From Balanoglossus misakiensis (lineage: Eukaryota; Animalia; Hemichordata), in the NCBI GenBank assembly GCA_040954595.2, contig CM082591.2, forward strand, positions 11,115,309 through 11,179,308: a stretch of 64,000 nucleotides of DNA. Reading direction: 5' to 3'. Positions 1 through 15,094 of the stretch are shown piece by piece. A program made the translations under genes and the position numbers. Numbering within the stretch: position 1 is the stretch's first letter; each line of letters begins with the position of its first letter. A model generated the notes under the pieces. It saw only the letters and a list, made by a program, of their open reading frames with translations. It did no database searches and was not told the origin of the DNA.

Positions 1-3000
1 GGAAATTTTAGGACTATCTGTCGAACTACTGAGTCTATCAGAAAACTTTCTCATGCGCATAGGTCTATCGTGTGTTCTGCGAATCACAACAGATTTCCTC
101 AAATAAACGAGGCTGTGTTTGAAAGCATCCATGGAAATTTTAGAACTATCCGTCGATCTACTGAGTCTAGTGGAAAACTTTCTTATGCGCATAGACCTAT
201 CATGTGTTCTGCGCATCACAACAGAATTTTGTAAACAAACGAGGCTGTGTTTGGAAGCAACCATGGAAACTTTAGAACTATCCGTCGATCTACAGAGTCT
301 AGTGGAAAACTTCCTTATGCGCTTAGGCCTATCATATGTCCTGCGCATCACAACAGAATTCAATTCATAAACGTGGCTGTGTTTGGAAGCAACCATGGAA
401 ATTTTAGAACTATCCGTCGATCTACTGAGTCTAGTGGAAAACTTTCTTATGCGCATAGGCATATCTATGTGTCCTGCACATCACAACAGAATTCGGTAAA
501 TAAACGAGGGTGAGTTTGGAAGCAACCATGGAAATTTTAGAACTATCCGTCCATCTATATCTACAGAGTCTAGTGGAAAACTTTCTTATGCGCATAGGCT
601 TATCTATGTGTTCTACGCATCACAACAGAAATCGGTAAATAAACGAGGCTGTACCATGGAAATTTTAGAACTATCCATCTATCTACAGGGTCTAGTGGAA
701 AACTTCCTTATGCGCACAGGCCTATCATGTGTCCTGCGCATCACAACAGAATTCGGTAAAAAAACGAGGGTGTGTTTGGAAGCAACCATGGAAATTTTAG
801 AACTATCCGTCCATCTACAGAGTCTAGTGGAAAACTTTCATATGCCCACAGGCTTATCTATATGTTCTACGCATCACAACAGAAATCGGTAAATAAACGA
901 GGCTGTGTTTGGAAGCAACCATGGAAATTTTAGAACTATCCGTCCATCTACAGAGTCTAGTGGAAAACTTCCTTATGCGCATAGGCCTATCATGTGTCCT
1001 GCGCATCACAACAGAATTCAATTAATAAACGTGGCTGTGTTTGGAAGCAACCATGGAAATTTAGAACTATCCGTCCAGCTACAGTGGAAAACTTCCTTAT
1101 GCGCATAGGCCTATCATATGTCCTGCGCATCACAACAGAATTCAATTAATAAACGTGGCTGTGTTTGGAAGCAACCATGGAAATTTTAGAACTATCCGTC
1201 GATCGACAGAGTCTAGTGGAAAACTTTCTTATGCGCATTGACCTATCATGTGTTCTGCGCATCACAACAGAATTTTGTAAACAAATGAGGCTGTGTTTTG
1301 AAGCAACCATGGAAACTTTAGAACTATCCGTCGATCTACAGAGTCTAGTGAAAAACTTTCTTATGCGCATAGGCCTATCATGTGTTCTGCGCATCACAAC
1401 AGATTTCCTTATATAAATAAGGCTGTGTTTGGAAGCAACCATGGAAATTTTAGAACTATCCGTCGATCTACTAAGTCTAGTGGAAAACTTTCTTATGCGC
1501 ATAGACCTATCATGTGTTCTGCGCATCACAACAGAATTTTGTAAACAAAGGAGGCTGTGTTTGGAAGCATCCATGGAAATTTTAGGACTATCTGTCGAAC
1601 TACCGAGTCTATCAGAAAACTTTCTCATGCGCATAGGTCTATCGAGTGTTCTGCGAATCTCAACAGATTTCCTCAAATAAACGAGGCTGTGTTTGGAAGC
1701 ATCCATGGAAATTTTAGAACTATCCGTCGATCTACTGAGTCTAGTGGAAAACTTTCTTATGCGCATAGGCATATCTATGTGTCCTGCGCATCACAACAGA
1801 ATTCGGTAAATAAACGAGGGTGTGTTTGGAAGCAACCATGGAAATTTTAGAACTATCCGCCCATCTATATCTACAGAGTCTAGTGGAAAACTTTCTTATG
1901 CGCATAGGCTTATCTATGTGTTCTACGCATCACAACAGAAATCGGTAAATAAACGAGGCTGTACCATGGAAATTTTAGAACTATCCGTCCATCTACAGAG
2001 TCTAGTGGAAAACTTTCTTATGCGCATAGGCTTATCTATATGTTCTACGCATCACAACAGAAATCGGTAAATAAACGAGGCTGTGTTTGGAAGCAACCAT
2101 GGAAATTTTAGAACTATCCGTCAATCTACAGAGTCTAGTGGAAAACTTCCTTATGCGCATAGGCCTATCATGTGTTCTGCGCATCACAACAGAATTTTGT
2201 AACCAAATGAGGCTGTGTTTGGAAGCAACCATGGAAACTTTAGAACTATCCGTCGATCTACAGAGTCTAGTGGAAAACTTTCTTATCCTCATAGGCCTAT
2301 CATGTGTTCTGCGCATCACAACAGAATTTTGTAAATAAACGAGGCTGTGTTTGGAAGCAACCATGGAAACTTTAGATCTATCCGTCGATCTACAGAGTCT
2401 AGTGGAACATTTTCTGATGAGCAGAGGCCTATCATGTGTTCTGCGCATCACAACAGATTTCCTTAAATAAACAAGGCTATGTTTGGAAGCAACCATGGAA
2501 ATTTTAGAACTATCCGTCGATCTACTGAGTCTAGTGGAAAACTTTCTTATGCGCATAGGCCTATCATGTGTTCTGCACATCACAACAGAATTTTGTAAAC
2601 AAACGAGGCTATGTTTGGAAGCAACCATGGAAACTTTAGAACTATCCGTCGTTCTACAGAGTCTAGTGGAAAACTTTCTTATGCGCATAGACCTATCATG
2701 TGTTCTGCGCATCACAACAGAATTTTGTAAACAAACGAGGCTGTGTTTGGAAGCAACCATTGAAACTTTAGAACTATCCGTCGATCTACAGAGTCTAGTG
2801 GAAAACTTTCTTATGCGCATAGACCTATCATGTGTTCTGCGCATCACAACAGAATTTTGTAAACAAACGAGGCTGTGTTTGGAAGCAACCATGGAAACTT
2901 TAGAACTATCCGTCGATCTACAGAGTCTAGTGGAAAACTTTCTTATGCGCATAGACCTATCATGTGTTCTGCGCATCACAACAGAATTTTGTAAACAAAC

Positions 3001-6000
3001 GAGGCTGTGTTTGGAAGCAACCATGGAAACTTTAGAACTATCCGTCGATCTACAGAGTCTAGTGGAAAACTTCCTTATGCGCATAGGCCTATCATATGTC
3101 CTGCGCATCACAACAGAATTCAATTAATAAACGTGGCTGTGTTTGGAAAGAACCATGGAAATTTTAGAACTATCCGTCGATCTACAGAGTCTAGTGGAAA
3201 ACTTTCTTATGCGCATAGACATATCAGGTGTTCTGCGCATAACAACAGAATTTTGTAAACAAAGGAGGCTGTGTTTGGAAGCATCCATGGAAATTTTAGG
3301 ACTATCTGTCGAACTACCGAGTCTATCAGAAAACTTTCTCATGCGCATAGGCTTATCTATGTGTTCTACGCATCACAACAGAATTCGGTAAATAAACGAG
3401 GCTGTACCATGGAAATTTTAGAACTATCCATCTATCTACAGAGTCTAGTGGAAAACTTCCTTATGCGCATAGGCCTATCATGTGTCCTGCGCATCACAAC
3501 AGAATTCGGTAAAAAAAACGAGGGTGTGTTTGGAAGCAACCATGGAAACTTTAGAACTATCCGTCCATCTACAGAGTCTAGTGGAAAACTTTCTTATGCG
3601 CATAGACCTATCATGTGTTCTGCGCATCACAACAGAATTTTGTAAACAAACGAGGCTGTGTTTGGAAGCAACCATGGAAACTTTAGAACTATCCGTCGAT
3701 TTACAGAGTCTAGTGGAAAACTTCCTTATGCGCATAGGCCTATCATATGTCCTGCGCATCACAACAGAATTCAATTAATAAACGTGGCTGTGTTTGGAAA
3801 GAACCATGGAAATTTTAGAACTATCCGTCGATCTACAGAGTCTAGTGGAAAACTTTCTTATGCGCATAGACATATCAGGTGTTCTGCGCATAACAACAGA
3901 ATTTTGTAAACAAAGGAGGCTGTGTTTGGAAGCATCCATGGAAATTTTAGGACTATCTGTCGAACTACCGAGTCTATCAGAAAACTTTCTCATGCGCATA
4001 GGCTTATCTATGTGTTCTACGCATCACAACAGAATTCGGTAAATAAACGAGGCTGTACCATGGAAATTTTAGAACTATCCATCTATCTACAGAGTCTAGT
4101 GGAAAACTTCCTTATGCGCATAGGCCTATCATGTGTCCTGCGCATCACAACAGAATTCGGTAAAAAAAACGAGGGTGTGTTTGGAAGCAACCATGGAAAT
4201 TTTAGAACTATCCGTTCATCTACAGAGTCTAGTGGAAAACTTTCTTATGCGCATAGGCTTATCTATATGTTCTACGCATCACAACAGAAATCGGTAAATA
4301 AACGAGGCTGTGTTTGGTAGCAACCATGGAAATTTTAGAACTATCCGTCCATCTACAAAGTCTAGTGGAAAACTTCCTTATGCGCATAGGCCTATCATGT
4401 GTCCTGCGCATCACAACAGAATTCAATTAATAAACGTGGCTGTGTTTGGAAGCAACCATGGAAATTTAGAACTATCCGTCCAGCTACAGTGGAAAACTTC
4501 CTTATGCGCATAGGCCTATCATATGTCCTGCGCATCACAACAGAATTCAATTAATAAACGTGGCTGTGTTTGGAAGCAACCATGGAAATTTTAGAACTAT
4601 CCGTCGATCGACAGAGTCTAGTGGAAAACTTTCTGATGCGCATAGACCTATCATGTGTTCTGCGCATCACAACAGAATTTTGTAAACAAATGAGGCTGTG
4701 TTTGGAAGCAACCATGGAAACTTTAGAACTATCCGTCGATCTACAGAGTCTAGTGAAAAACTTTCTTATGCGCATAGGCCTATCATGTGTTCTGCGCATC
4801 ACAACAGATTTCCTTATATAAATAAGGCTGTGTTTGGAAGCAACCATGGAAATTTTAGAACTATCCGTCGATCTACTAAGTCTAGTGGAAAACTTTCTTA
4901 TGCGCATAGGCATATCTATGTGTTCTACGCATCACAACATAATTCGGTAAATAAACGAGGCTGTGTTTGGAAGCAACCATGGGAATTTTAGAACTATCCG
5001 TCGATCTACTGAGTCTAGTGGAAAACTTCCTTATGCGCTTAGGCCTATCATGTGTCTTGCGCATCACAACAGATTTCAATTAATAAACGTGGCTGTGTTT
5101 GGTAGCAACCATGGAAATTTAGAACTATCCGTCCATCTACAGTGGAAAACTTCCTTATGCGCATAGGCCTATCATATGTCCTGCGCATCACAACGGATTT
5201 CCTTAAATAAACAAGGCTGTGTTTGGAAGCAACCATGGAAATTTTAGAACTATCCGTCGATCTACAGAGTCTAGTGGAAAACTTTCTTATGCGCATAGGC
5301 TTATCTATGTGTTCTACGCATCACAACAGAATTCGGTAAATAAACGAGGCTGTACCATGGAAATTTTAGAACTATCCATCTATCTACAGAGTCTAGTGGA
5401 AAACTTTCTTATGCGCATAGACCTATCATGTGTTCTGCGCATCACAACAGAATTTTGTAAACAAACGAGGCTGTGTTTGGAAGCAACCATGGAAACTTTA
5501 GAACTATCCGTCGATCTACAGAGTCTAGTGGAAAACTTTCTTATGCGCATAGGCCTATCATGTGGTCTGCGCATCACAACAGAATTTTGTAAACAAACGA
5601 GGCTATGTTTGGAAGCAACCATGGAAACTTTAGAACTATCCGTCGTTTTACAGAGTCTAGTGGAAAACTTTCTTATGCGCATAGGCCTATCATGTGGTCT
5701 GCGCATCACAACAGATTTCCTTAAATAAACAAGGCTATGTTTGGAAGCAACCATGGAAATTTTAGAACTATCCGTCGATCTACTGAGTCTAGTGGAAAAC
5801 TTTCTTATGCGCATAGACCTATCATGTGTTCTGCGCATCACAACAGAATTTTGTAAACAAACGAGTCTGTGTTTGGAAGCAACCATGGAAACTTTAGAAC
5901 TATCCGTCGATCTACAGAGTCTAGTGGAAAACTTCCTTATGCGCTTAGGCCTATCATATGTCCTGCGCATCACAACAGAATTCAATTAATAAACGTGGCT

Positions 6001-9000
6001 GTGTTTGGAAGCAACCATGGAAATTTTAGAACTATCCGTCGATCTACTGAGTCTAGTGGAAAACTTTCTTATGCGCATAGGCATATCTATGTGTCCTGCG
6101 CATCACAACAGAATTGGGTAAATAAACGAGGGTGAGTTTGGAAGCAACCATGGAAATTTTAGAACTATCCGTCCATCTATATCTACAGAGTCTAGTGGAA
6201 AACTTTCTTATGCGCATAGGCTTATCTATGTGTTCTACGCATCACCACAGAAATCGGTAAATAAACGAGGCTGTACCATGGAAATTTTAGAACTATCCAT
6301 CTATCTACAGAGTCTAGTGGAAAACTTCCTTATGCGCATAGGCCTATCATGTGTTCTGCGCATCACAACAGATTTCCTTAAATAAACAAGGCTGTGTTTG
6401 GAAGCAACCATGGAAATTTTAGAACTATCCGTCGATCTACTGAGTCTAGTGGAAAACTTTCTTATGCGCATAGGCATATATATGTGTTCTACGCATCACA
6501 ACAGAAATCGGTAAATAAACGAGGCTGTGTTTGGAAGCAACCATGGAAATTTTAGAACTATCCGTCCATCTACAGAGTCTAGTGGAAAACTTCCTTATGC
6601 GCATAGGCCTATCATGTGTCCTGCGCATCACAACAGAATTCAATTAATAAACGTGGCTGTGTTTGGAAGCAACCATGGAAATTTTAGAACTATCCGTCGA
6701 TCGACAGAGTCTAGTGGAAAACTTTCTTATGCGCATTGACCTATCATGTGTTCTGCGCATCACAACAGAATTTTGTAAACAAATGAGGCTGTGTTTTGAA
6801 GCAACCACTGAAACTTTAGAACTATCCGTCGATCTACAGAGTCTAGTGAAAAACTTTCTTATGCGCATAGGCCTATCATGTGTTTTGCGCATCACAACAG
6901 AATTCGGTAAATAAACGAGGGTGTATTTGGAAGCAACCATGGAAATTTTAGAACTATCCGTCCATCTACAGAGTCTAGTGGAAAACTTTCTTATGCGCAT
7001 AGGCTTATCTATGTGTTCCACGCATCACAACAGAATTCGGTAAATAAACGAGGCTGTGTTTGGAAGCATCCATGGAAATTTTAGGACTATCTGTCGATCT
7101 ACCGAGTCTATCAGAAAACTTTCTCGCGCGCATAGCTCTATCGTGTGTTCTGCGCATCACAACAGATTTCCTCAAATAAACGAGGGTGTGTTTGGAAGCA
7201 ACCATGGAAACTTTAGAACTATCCGTCGATCTACAGAGTCTAGTGGAAAACTTTCTTATGCTCATAGGCTTATCTATTTGTTCTGCGCATCACAACAGAA
7301 TTTTGTAAACAAACGAGGCTGTGTTTGGAAGCAACCATCGAAACTTTAGAACTATCCGTCGATCTACAGAGTCTATCAGAAAACTTTCTCATGCGCATAG
7401 GTCTATCGTGTGTTCTGCGCATCACAACAAATTTCCTTAAATAAACGAGGCTGTGTTTGGAAGCAACCATGGAAATTTTAGAACTATCCGTCCATCTATA
7501 TCTACAGAGTCTAGTGGAAAACTTTCTTATGCGCATAGGCTTATCTATGTGTTCTACGCATCACAACAGAAATCGGTAAATAAACGAGGCTGTACCATGG
7601 AAATTTTAGAACTATCCATCTATCTACAGAGTCTAGTGGAAAACTTCCTTATGCGCATAGGCCTATCATGTGTCCTGCGCATCACAACAGAATTCGGTAA
7701 AAAAACGAGGGTGTGTTTGGAAGCAACCATGGAAATTTTAGGACTATCCGTCCATCTACAGAGTCTAGTGGAAAATTTTCTTATGCGCACAGGCTTATCT
7801 ATGTGTTCTACGCATCACAACAGAAATCGGTAAATAAACGAGGCTGTGTTTGGAATCAACCATGGAAATTTTAGAACTATCCGTCCATCTACAGAGTCTA
7901 GTGGAAAACTTCCTTATGCGCATAGGCCTATCATGTGTCCTGCGCATCACAACAGAATTCAATTAATAAACGCGGCTGTGTTTGGAAGCAACCATGGAAA
8001 TTTAGAACTATCCGTCCAGCTACAGTGGAAAACTTCCTTATGCGCATAGGCCTATCATATGTCCTGCGCATCACAACAGAATTCAATTAATAAACGTGGC
8101 TTTGTTTGGAAGCAACCATGGAAATTTTAGAACTATCCGTCGATCGACAGAGTCTAGTGGAAAACTTTCTTATGCGCATTGACCTATCATGTGTTCTGCG
8201 CATCACAACAGAATTTTGTAAACAAATGAGGCTGTGTTTTGAAGCAACCATGGAAACTTTAGAACTATCCGTCGATCTACAGAGTCTAGTGAAAAACTTT
8301 CTTATGCGCATAGGCATATCATGTGTTCTGCGCATCACAACAGATTTCCTTATATAAATAAGGCTGTGTTTGGAAGCAACCATGGAAATTTTAGAACTAT
8401 CCGTCGATCTACTAAGTCTAGTGGAAAACTTTCTTATGCGCATAGACCTATCATGTGTTCTGCGCATCACAACAGAATTTTGTAAACAAACGAGGCTGTG
8501 TTTGGAAGCAACCATGGAAACTTTAGAACAATCCGTCGATCTACAGAGTCTAGTGGAAAACTTCCTTATGCGCTAAGGCCTATCATATGTCCTGCGCATC
8601 ACAAGAGAATTCAATTAATAAACGTGGCTGTGTTTGGAAGCAACCATGGACATTTTAGAACTATCCGTCGATCTACAGAGTCTAGGGGAAAACTTTCTTA
8701 TGCGCATAGACCTATCAGGTGTTCTGCGCATCACAACAGAATTTTGTAAACAAAGGAGGCTGTGTTTGGAAGCATCCATGGAAATTTTAGGACTATCTGT
8801 CGAACTACCGAGTATATCAGAAAACTTTTTCATGCGCATAGGTCTATCGAGAGTTCTGCGAATCTCAACAGATTTCCTCAAATAAACGAGGCTGTGTTTG
8901 GAAGCATCCATGGAAATTTTAGAACTATCCGTCGATCTACTGAGTCTAGTGGAAAACTTTCTTATGCGCATAGGCATATCTATGTGTCCTGCGCATCACA

Positions 9001-11336
9001 ACAGAATTCGGTAAATAAACGAGGGTGTGTTTGGAAGCAACCATGGAAATTTTAGAACTATCCGCCCATCTATATCTACAGAGTCTAGTGGAAAACTTTC
9101 TTATGCGCATAGGCTTATCAATGTGTTCTACGCATCACAACAGAAATCTGTAAATAAACGAGGCTGTACCATGGAAATTTTAGAACTATCCATCTATCTA
9201 CAGAGTCTAGTGGAAAACTTCCTTATGCGCATAGGCCTATCATGTGTCCTGCGCATCACAACAGAATTCGGTAAAAAAACGAGGGTGTGTTTGGAAGCAA
9301 CCATGAAAATTTTAGAACTATCCGTCCATCTACAGAGTCTAGTGGAAAACTTTCTTATGCGCATAGGCTTATCTATATGTTCTACGCATCACAACAGAAA
9401 TCGGTAAATAAACGAGGCTGTGTTTGGAAGCAACCATGGAAATTTTAGAACTATCCGTCGATCTACAGAGTCTAGTGGAAAACTTTCTTATCCTCATAGG
9501 CCTATCATGTGTTCTGCGCATCACAACAGAATTTTGTAAATAAACGAGGCTGTGTTTGGAAGCAACCATGGAAACTTTAGAACTATCCGTCGATCTACAG
9601 AGTCTAGTGGAAAACTTTCTGATCATCATAGACCTATCATGTGTTCTGCACATCACAACAGAATTTTGTAAAAAAACGAGGCTGTGCTTGGAAGCAACCA
9701 TGGAAACTTTAGAACTATCCGTCGATCTACAGAGTCTAGTGAAAAACTTTCTTATGCGCATAGGCCTATCATGTGTTCTGCGCATCACAACAGATTTCCT
9801 TAAATAAACAAGGCTGTGTTTGGAAGCAACCATGGAAATTTTAGAACTATCCGTCGATCTACTGAGTCTAGTGGAAAACTTTCTTATGCGCATAGGCATA
9901 TCTATGTGTTCTACGCATCACAACATAATTCGGTAAATAAACGAGGCTGTGTTTGGAAGCAACCATGGAAATTTTAGAACTATCCGTCCATCTACAGAGT
10001 CTAGTGGAAAACTTCCTTATGCGCTTAGGCCTATCATGTGTCCTGCGCATCACAACAGATTTCAATTAATAAACGTGGCTGTGTTTGGAAGCAACCATGG
10101 AAATTTAGAACTATCCGTCCATCTACAGTGGAAAACTTCCTTATGCGCATAGGCCTATCATATGTCCTGCGCATCACAACAGATTTCCTTAAATAAACAA
10201 GGCTGTGTTTGGAAGCAATCATGGAAATTTTAGAACTATCCGTCGATCTACAGAGTCTAGTGGAAAACTTTCTGATCATCATAGACCTATCATGTGTTCT
10301 GCGCATCACAACAGATTTCCTTAAATAAACAAGGCTGTGTTTGGAAGCAACCATGGAAATTTTAGAACTATCCGTCCATCTACAGAGTCTAGTGGAAAAC
10401 TTTCTTATGCGCATAGGCTTATCTATGTGTTCCACGCATCACAACAGAATTCGGTAAATAAACGAGGCTGTGTTGGGAAGCAACCATGGAAATTTAAGAA
10501 CTTTCTGTCGATCTGCCGAGTCTATCAGAAAACTTTCTCGTGCGCATAGCTCTATCGTGTGTTCTGCGCATCACAACAGATTTCCTCAAATAAACGAGGG
10601 TGTGTTTGGAAGCAACCATGGAAACTTCAGAACTATCCGTCGATCTACAGAGTCTAGTGGAAAACTTTCTTATGCTCATAGGCTTATCTATTTGTTCTGC
10701 GCATCACAACAGAATTTTGTAAATAAACGAGGCTGTGTTTGGAAGCAACCATGGAAACTTTAGAACTATCCGTCGATCTACAGAGTCTAGTGGAAAACTT
10801 TCTGATCATCATAGACCTATCATGTGTTCTGCACATCACAACAGAATTTTGTAAAAAAACGAGGCTGTGCTTGGAAGCAACCATGGAAACTTTAGAACTA
10901 TCCGTCGATCTACAGAGTCTAGTGAAAAACTTTCTTATGCGCATAGGTCTATCGTGTGTTCTGCGCATCACAACAGATTTCCTTAAATAAACGAGGCTGT
11001 GTTTGGAAGCAACCATGGAAATTTTAGAACTATCCGTCGATCTACTGAGTCTAGTGGAAAACTTTCTTATCCGCATAGGCATATCTATGTGTTCTGCGCA
11101 TCACAACAGAATTCGGTAAATAAACGAGGCTGTGTTTGGAAGCAACCATGGAAAGTTTAGAACTATCCGTCCATCTACAGAGTCTAGTGGAAAACTTCCT
11201 TATGCGCATAGGCCTATCATATGTCCTGCGCATCACAACAGAATTCAATTAATAAACGTGGCTGTGTTTGGAAGCAACCATGGAAATATTAGAACTATCC
11301 GTCGATCTACAGTCTAGTGGAAAACTTTCTTCTGCG
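1..11336. repeat. ~132-bp tandem satellite array (left part, truncated by window start) with recurrent monomer variants
   Basis: Monomer GAGGCTGTGTTTGGAAGCAACCATGGAAATTTTAGAACTATCCGTCGATCTACAGAGTCTAGTGGAAAACTTTCTTATGCGCATAGGCCTATCATGTGTTCTGCGCATCACAACAGAATTTTGTAAACAAAC repeats head-to-tail. Recurring indel variants include GGCTGTACCATGG and CCATCTATATCTAC. Confidence 0.98.
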
Positions 11337-11584
11337 AGAGGGCGCATCTGGACATGTTGCACGCTCTGTAATCCCGTCTCCGATAATTTTGCTATTTTCT
11401 CCGTTAATGGACTAATGTTTGAATTTTGACCGACTTGGCACATCTGATAAGGCACGTGAACGTTTGATGTTGGACCATTTCTCTAGTAGGCTTCTATGTG
11501 AAAACTCTGTTTTTGGCTGCAGTCAGCGATCATTTCACGTGGCGCGTTGTCCGTGTGTGAACAATAGCCTACGCCATTGTCATA

Positions 11585-11907
11585 ATGCAGTGTGTTGACT
11601 GCGGAGCCCTAGAGAAGGTATCTTTATGCCAAGGTGACCTCGATCTGTGTCCCGGCTGTGAAGAAAAACGTTTTCCTAGTAATGTTACTCGAAGAAGAGA
11701 AAAACAAATTGCTGCTTCTGTCAAGAGTAGAAGACATGAGGTACCGCAAACTCATACTGGTAAATATATTATTGTGAATGAATTGCTCTGTTTTGTGTGG
11801 AACAAGATTGACATCTTGCTGTCCGACATGATTGTCAAACTATGTGTCGACTGTTATGACGATACGGACGTGGAACAAGCCAAGAGACTGCATTTTAACT
11901 CATGCAG
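11585..11907 (+). pseudogene. LINE ORF1, N-terminal part (Cys-rich CxxC...CxxC start, then IIVNELLCFVWNK block)
   Basis: Removing 11908-20333 restores the frame ...HFNSC|SMDKNRFIRRQG, joining ORF 11585 to ORF 20305. Confidence 0.85.
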
Positions 11908-14208
11908 TACGGCGCGCCAAGTGTTTCAAAATTATTTATCATTATTTTATAGAAAATTGATGTCTTTTAACAAAAAAAATACGTAAAAACACAAAAAACT
12001 GATTGGTGGTTTAAAAAACAACGAGTGTAAAAAGTAATCCATCGTGGAGTAAAAAAAACAACAACAAAAAAAAAAACTAACACATACAGAAGAAAATCTC
12101 ACCTGTTGTCAAAAAAAAAACCACCAAGCTTACCAAAAAAAAACGTCCACAAGGCAGTTGCAAAAAAAAATCACTTATTTGTCACAAAAAACCACGCGCC
12201 CATTTTCCACGAAAAACGCACACTTCATCCCCACAAAAAATACACACAAAGTAGTAAAAAGAACACTCTTTGAAAAAAAAAAGAGAGACTACAACTTGAA
12301 AAAAATGCACACCCCCAGAACAAACAACACAGGCAAACATAGAAAAAACACGAACATGTTAGCCATAAAAAACGGAGATATTTGTCACCGAAAAAAAAAC
12401 CCGCACTCATGTCACCCCAAAACTAACGGGCCACTTTAAAAAAACGCAGATGCACTGAGGTTGCAAAAATAAGCACATTTTTAATCCCCCGAAAAAAAAC
12501 CAGGCAATTTGAAAAAAAAAACCACAGCAATTTGCAAAAAAAAAAAATAGGAACATTTGTCACCCAAAAAAACCAGGCAATTTGCAAAAAAAAAAAAAAA
12601 CGCAGAACAATTTGCAAAAAAAAAATATATAGGAACATTTGTCACCAAAAAAACAGGCAATTTGAAAAAAAACGCAGAGCAATTTGCAAAAAAAAAATAT
12701 ATAGGAACATTTGTCACCCAAAAAAAAACAGGCAATTTGAAAAAAAAAACGCAGAGCAATTTACAAAAAAAAAATATAGGAACATTTGTCACCCAAAATA
12801 TTCAGGCAGATCCAAGTTGTAAAAAATGGTATATTTGTCATCCAAAAAATAAAACAAGCGTGTTTAAAAAAAACGAGCATTCAGTTGTAAAAATAAATAA
12901 TAGTCTTTAACAACTTGAAAAAAAACGGACGTATTTGAAAGAATAGCGTATGCGCATGCGCCGAAAAAAAAATGAGTGAGAAATGCAGATAGTATGTGCG
13001 CGCGTCAGAGAGAACCTGCCTTCCTACCATGTGAGCAGAGCTGTGGTGGATCCCAGGGGACGCAGATCACATTTGCATTCGTAGTCTGCGCGTTCGCACT
13101 ATTTCATGCAAAATACAGCCTCCAGTTCTTAAAATTACTACACGGAAATGTTATTTCGTTGTGTCTAAAGAATTTAAAAACCATTATTTGCGGAAATTTC
13201 ACAGTTAGTGCAAGAGAGAGTGACAGATAGTCACGTAGTTCCGCATTCCAACGCATGCACTCTTCTTTCGACGTTCGCACTATGCTAACGTCTTATTTAC
13301 TGTAACATACGACGTGCAGATGTGAAATTACTTCATGAAAATCGATCTGGGTAAATATAGCCTAGATTTCAAAAATATCGTTGTGAATGTGATGCACACT
13401 AAACGTCGGAAAAACGCGCGATCTTTCTCAATTTGGGGCACCTATGGAGGCATACTGGATCGGGAAATTGACTCGAAATACTATAGTATACTGTATAAAG
13501 TAGCATTCAGTTTACTGCGTTCTTTACACGATTTATCATGACAAGACAGTTGGTCCATCGTATCAGTGGTATACGATGTCCGAAGTGAGCGAGCGAGCGA
13601 GCGGCGGTGGGAGGGGGGGGGGGGGGGGGTAGCATGTGGAGAACGCCCTCAATGTGAAATGTTAACGTAGTCGTTTCTGTTCATACCCCAACCAACATAA
13701 TACGATTACGATGCACGATCCTACAACAAAGATACGTAAACCACGAAATATAGCTGCTATTTGAATTTTAAGCATGACATTTTTTAGATAGTATGTCTCT
13801 TTAATCTACAATTAGCAAAAAGACAATTTTAATGAATTACTGTACTTTGTAATGCAAAAAAAGTCTTGTACAGCTCATATTGTGGCTAAGTTTAACGACA
13901 TCGAAACACACTTTGTTAACAATCTTTAAATGGTTGATTAAAACTTTGATGTTTTATTATTTTTGGGTGCTAGCCACTTCATTTGTTTTAGCGCATGTTT
14001 TAGGTTAGAATAGACATTTTTACATAAATTACTTGTGATATGGGAACGCTCCACAAGTTTTCTTTTATAATTTTGTTTTTACTCTGCTGTGATGAATTTT
14101 TAAAAAATAAGATGTTCGATTTCGATTTTATTTTGCGGGTAGATATTTTCATTGCAGTGTCATTGTATTTACTTTATGTTTTTATCTGTAAACATTTTTG
14201 AGGCTTTG

Positions 14209-14350
14209 GTATTATTATTATGATGATGATGATCATCATCATCATCATTATTATTACTATTATTGTTGTCGTCGTCGTTGTTGTTTTTGTATTGTTATTA
14301 TTATTACATTGCATTGCATTGTATTATGTTGTATTGTTGTTGTTGTTACC
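14209..14350. repeat. Compound trinucleotide microsatellite (TAT/GAT/CAT/TGT)
   Basis: Direct inspection of the sequence. Confidence 0.85.
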
Positions 14351-15094
14351 ATCATCAAAATCACCATGATCGGTCCCTATAGTCTATATACCATGCCATT
14401 TCGTCTATGATGGGGAAAATTGATAATAAGTTCTAAAAATGAAGATTGTGTCTAGAGTCTACTACAGGTAGAAGTAGGTCTCTAGCAAGTCATTTGATCA
14501 CAAAATAACTGACCAATCTCTCTAGTTGTCTTATGCCATAGGAGAGATCGTGACGAACACCTGATTTGACATCATACAAATTATCATTCAGAAACTAAGG
14601 TTTGAGTTTGTTATAGCGTTGAATTTCTAAGTGAAAACATATTGTAAAATGTTAAATGGTAATGAGTGTCATGTATGTCTTTATTAAATAGTCTAATATT
14701 TTATGGTAATAATGTCAAGCTGCAGCCGCTGTTATTCGATAATCAATACCATGTAACTCCCCAGTTAAAATTTGTAAAAGAAAGATGCTGGTAGGTGCCG
14801 ATATGCCATTATATCGAATAATGGGTGAGAAGTCGATAATACTGTAGAACTATAAAACTAGTTTGTTATATGTCAAGGGTGATTTCGGAAAATCCAAATG
14901 CCGTTTTGTTGGTAACGTCTGCATACAAATGCTTGTTGGTTGCTATGCTAAGCAAATTACCAAACCAGCATTGTTGAACTTTCAAATTGTAACTGTTCCG
15001 TTCCCATCCTCGAGTTTTTTTATTTATTTAAAACTTCTGATCTTTCTATCAATTAAAGCCCCGCGAGTTGCAACTTTATCTTTGATTTTTATAG

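Noticed and set aside
1-11336. CRISPR-like array, or a protein with a 44-aa repeat (ORFs up to 363 aa)
   Set aside because: There are no unique spacers or cas genes. The ORFs arise because 132 is divisible by 3, and frameshifting variants and stops recur freely.
12158-12910. Lys- or Phe-rich ORFs (mirrored at 19138-20052)
   Set aside because: They are translations of poly-A/T subrepeats in the foldback arms, whose homopolymer lengths differ between arms.
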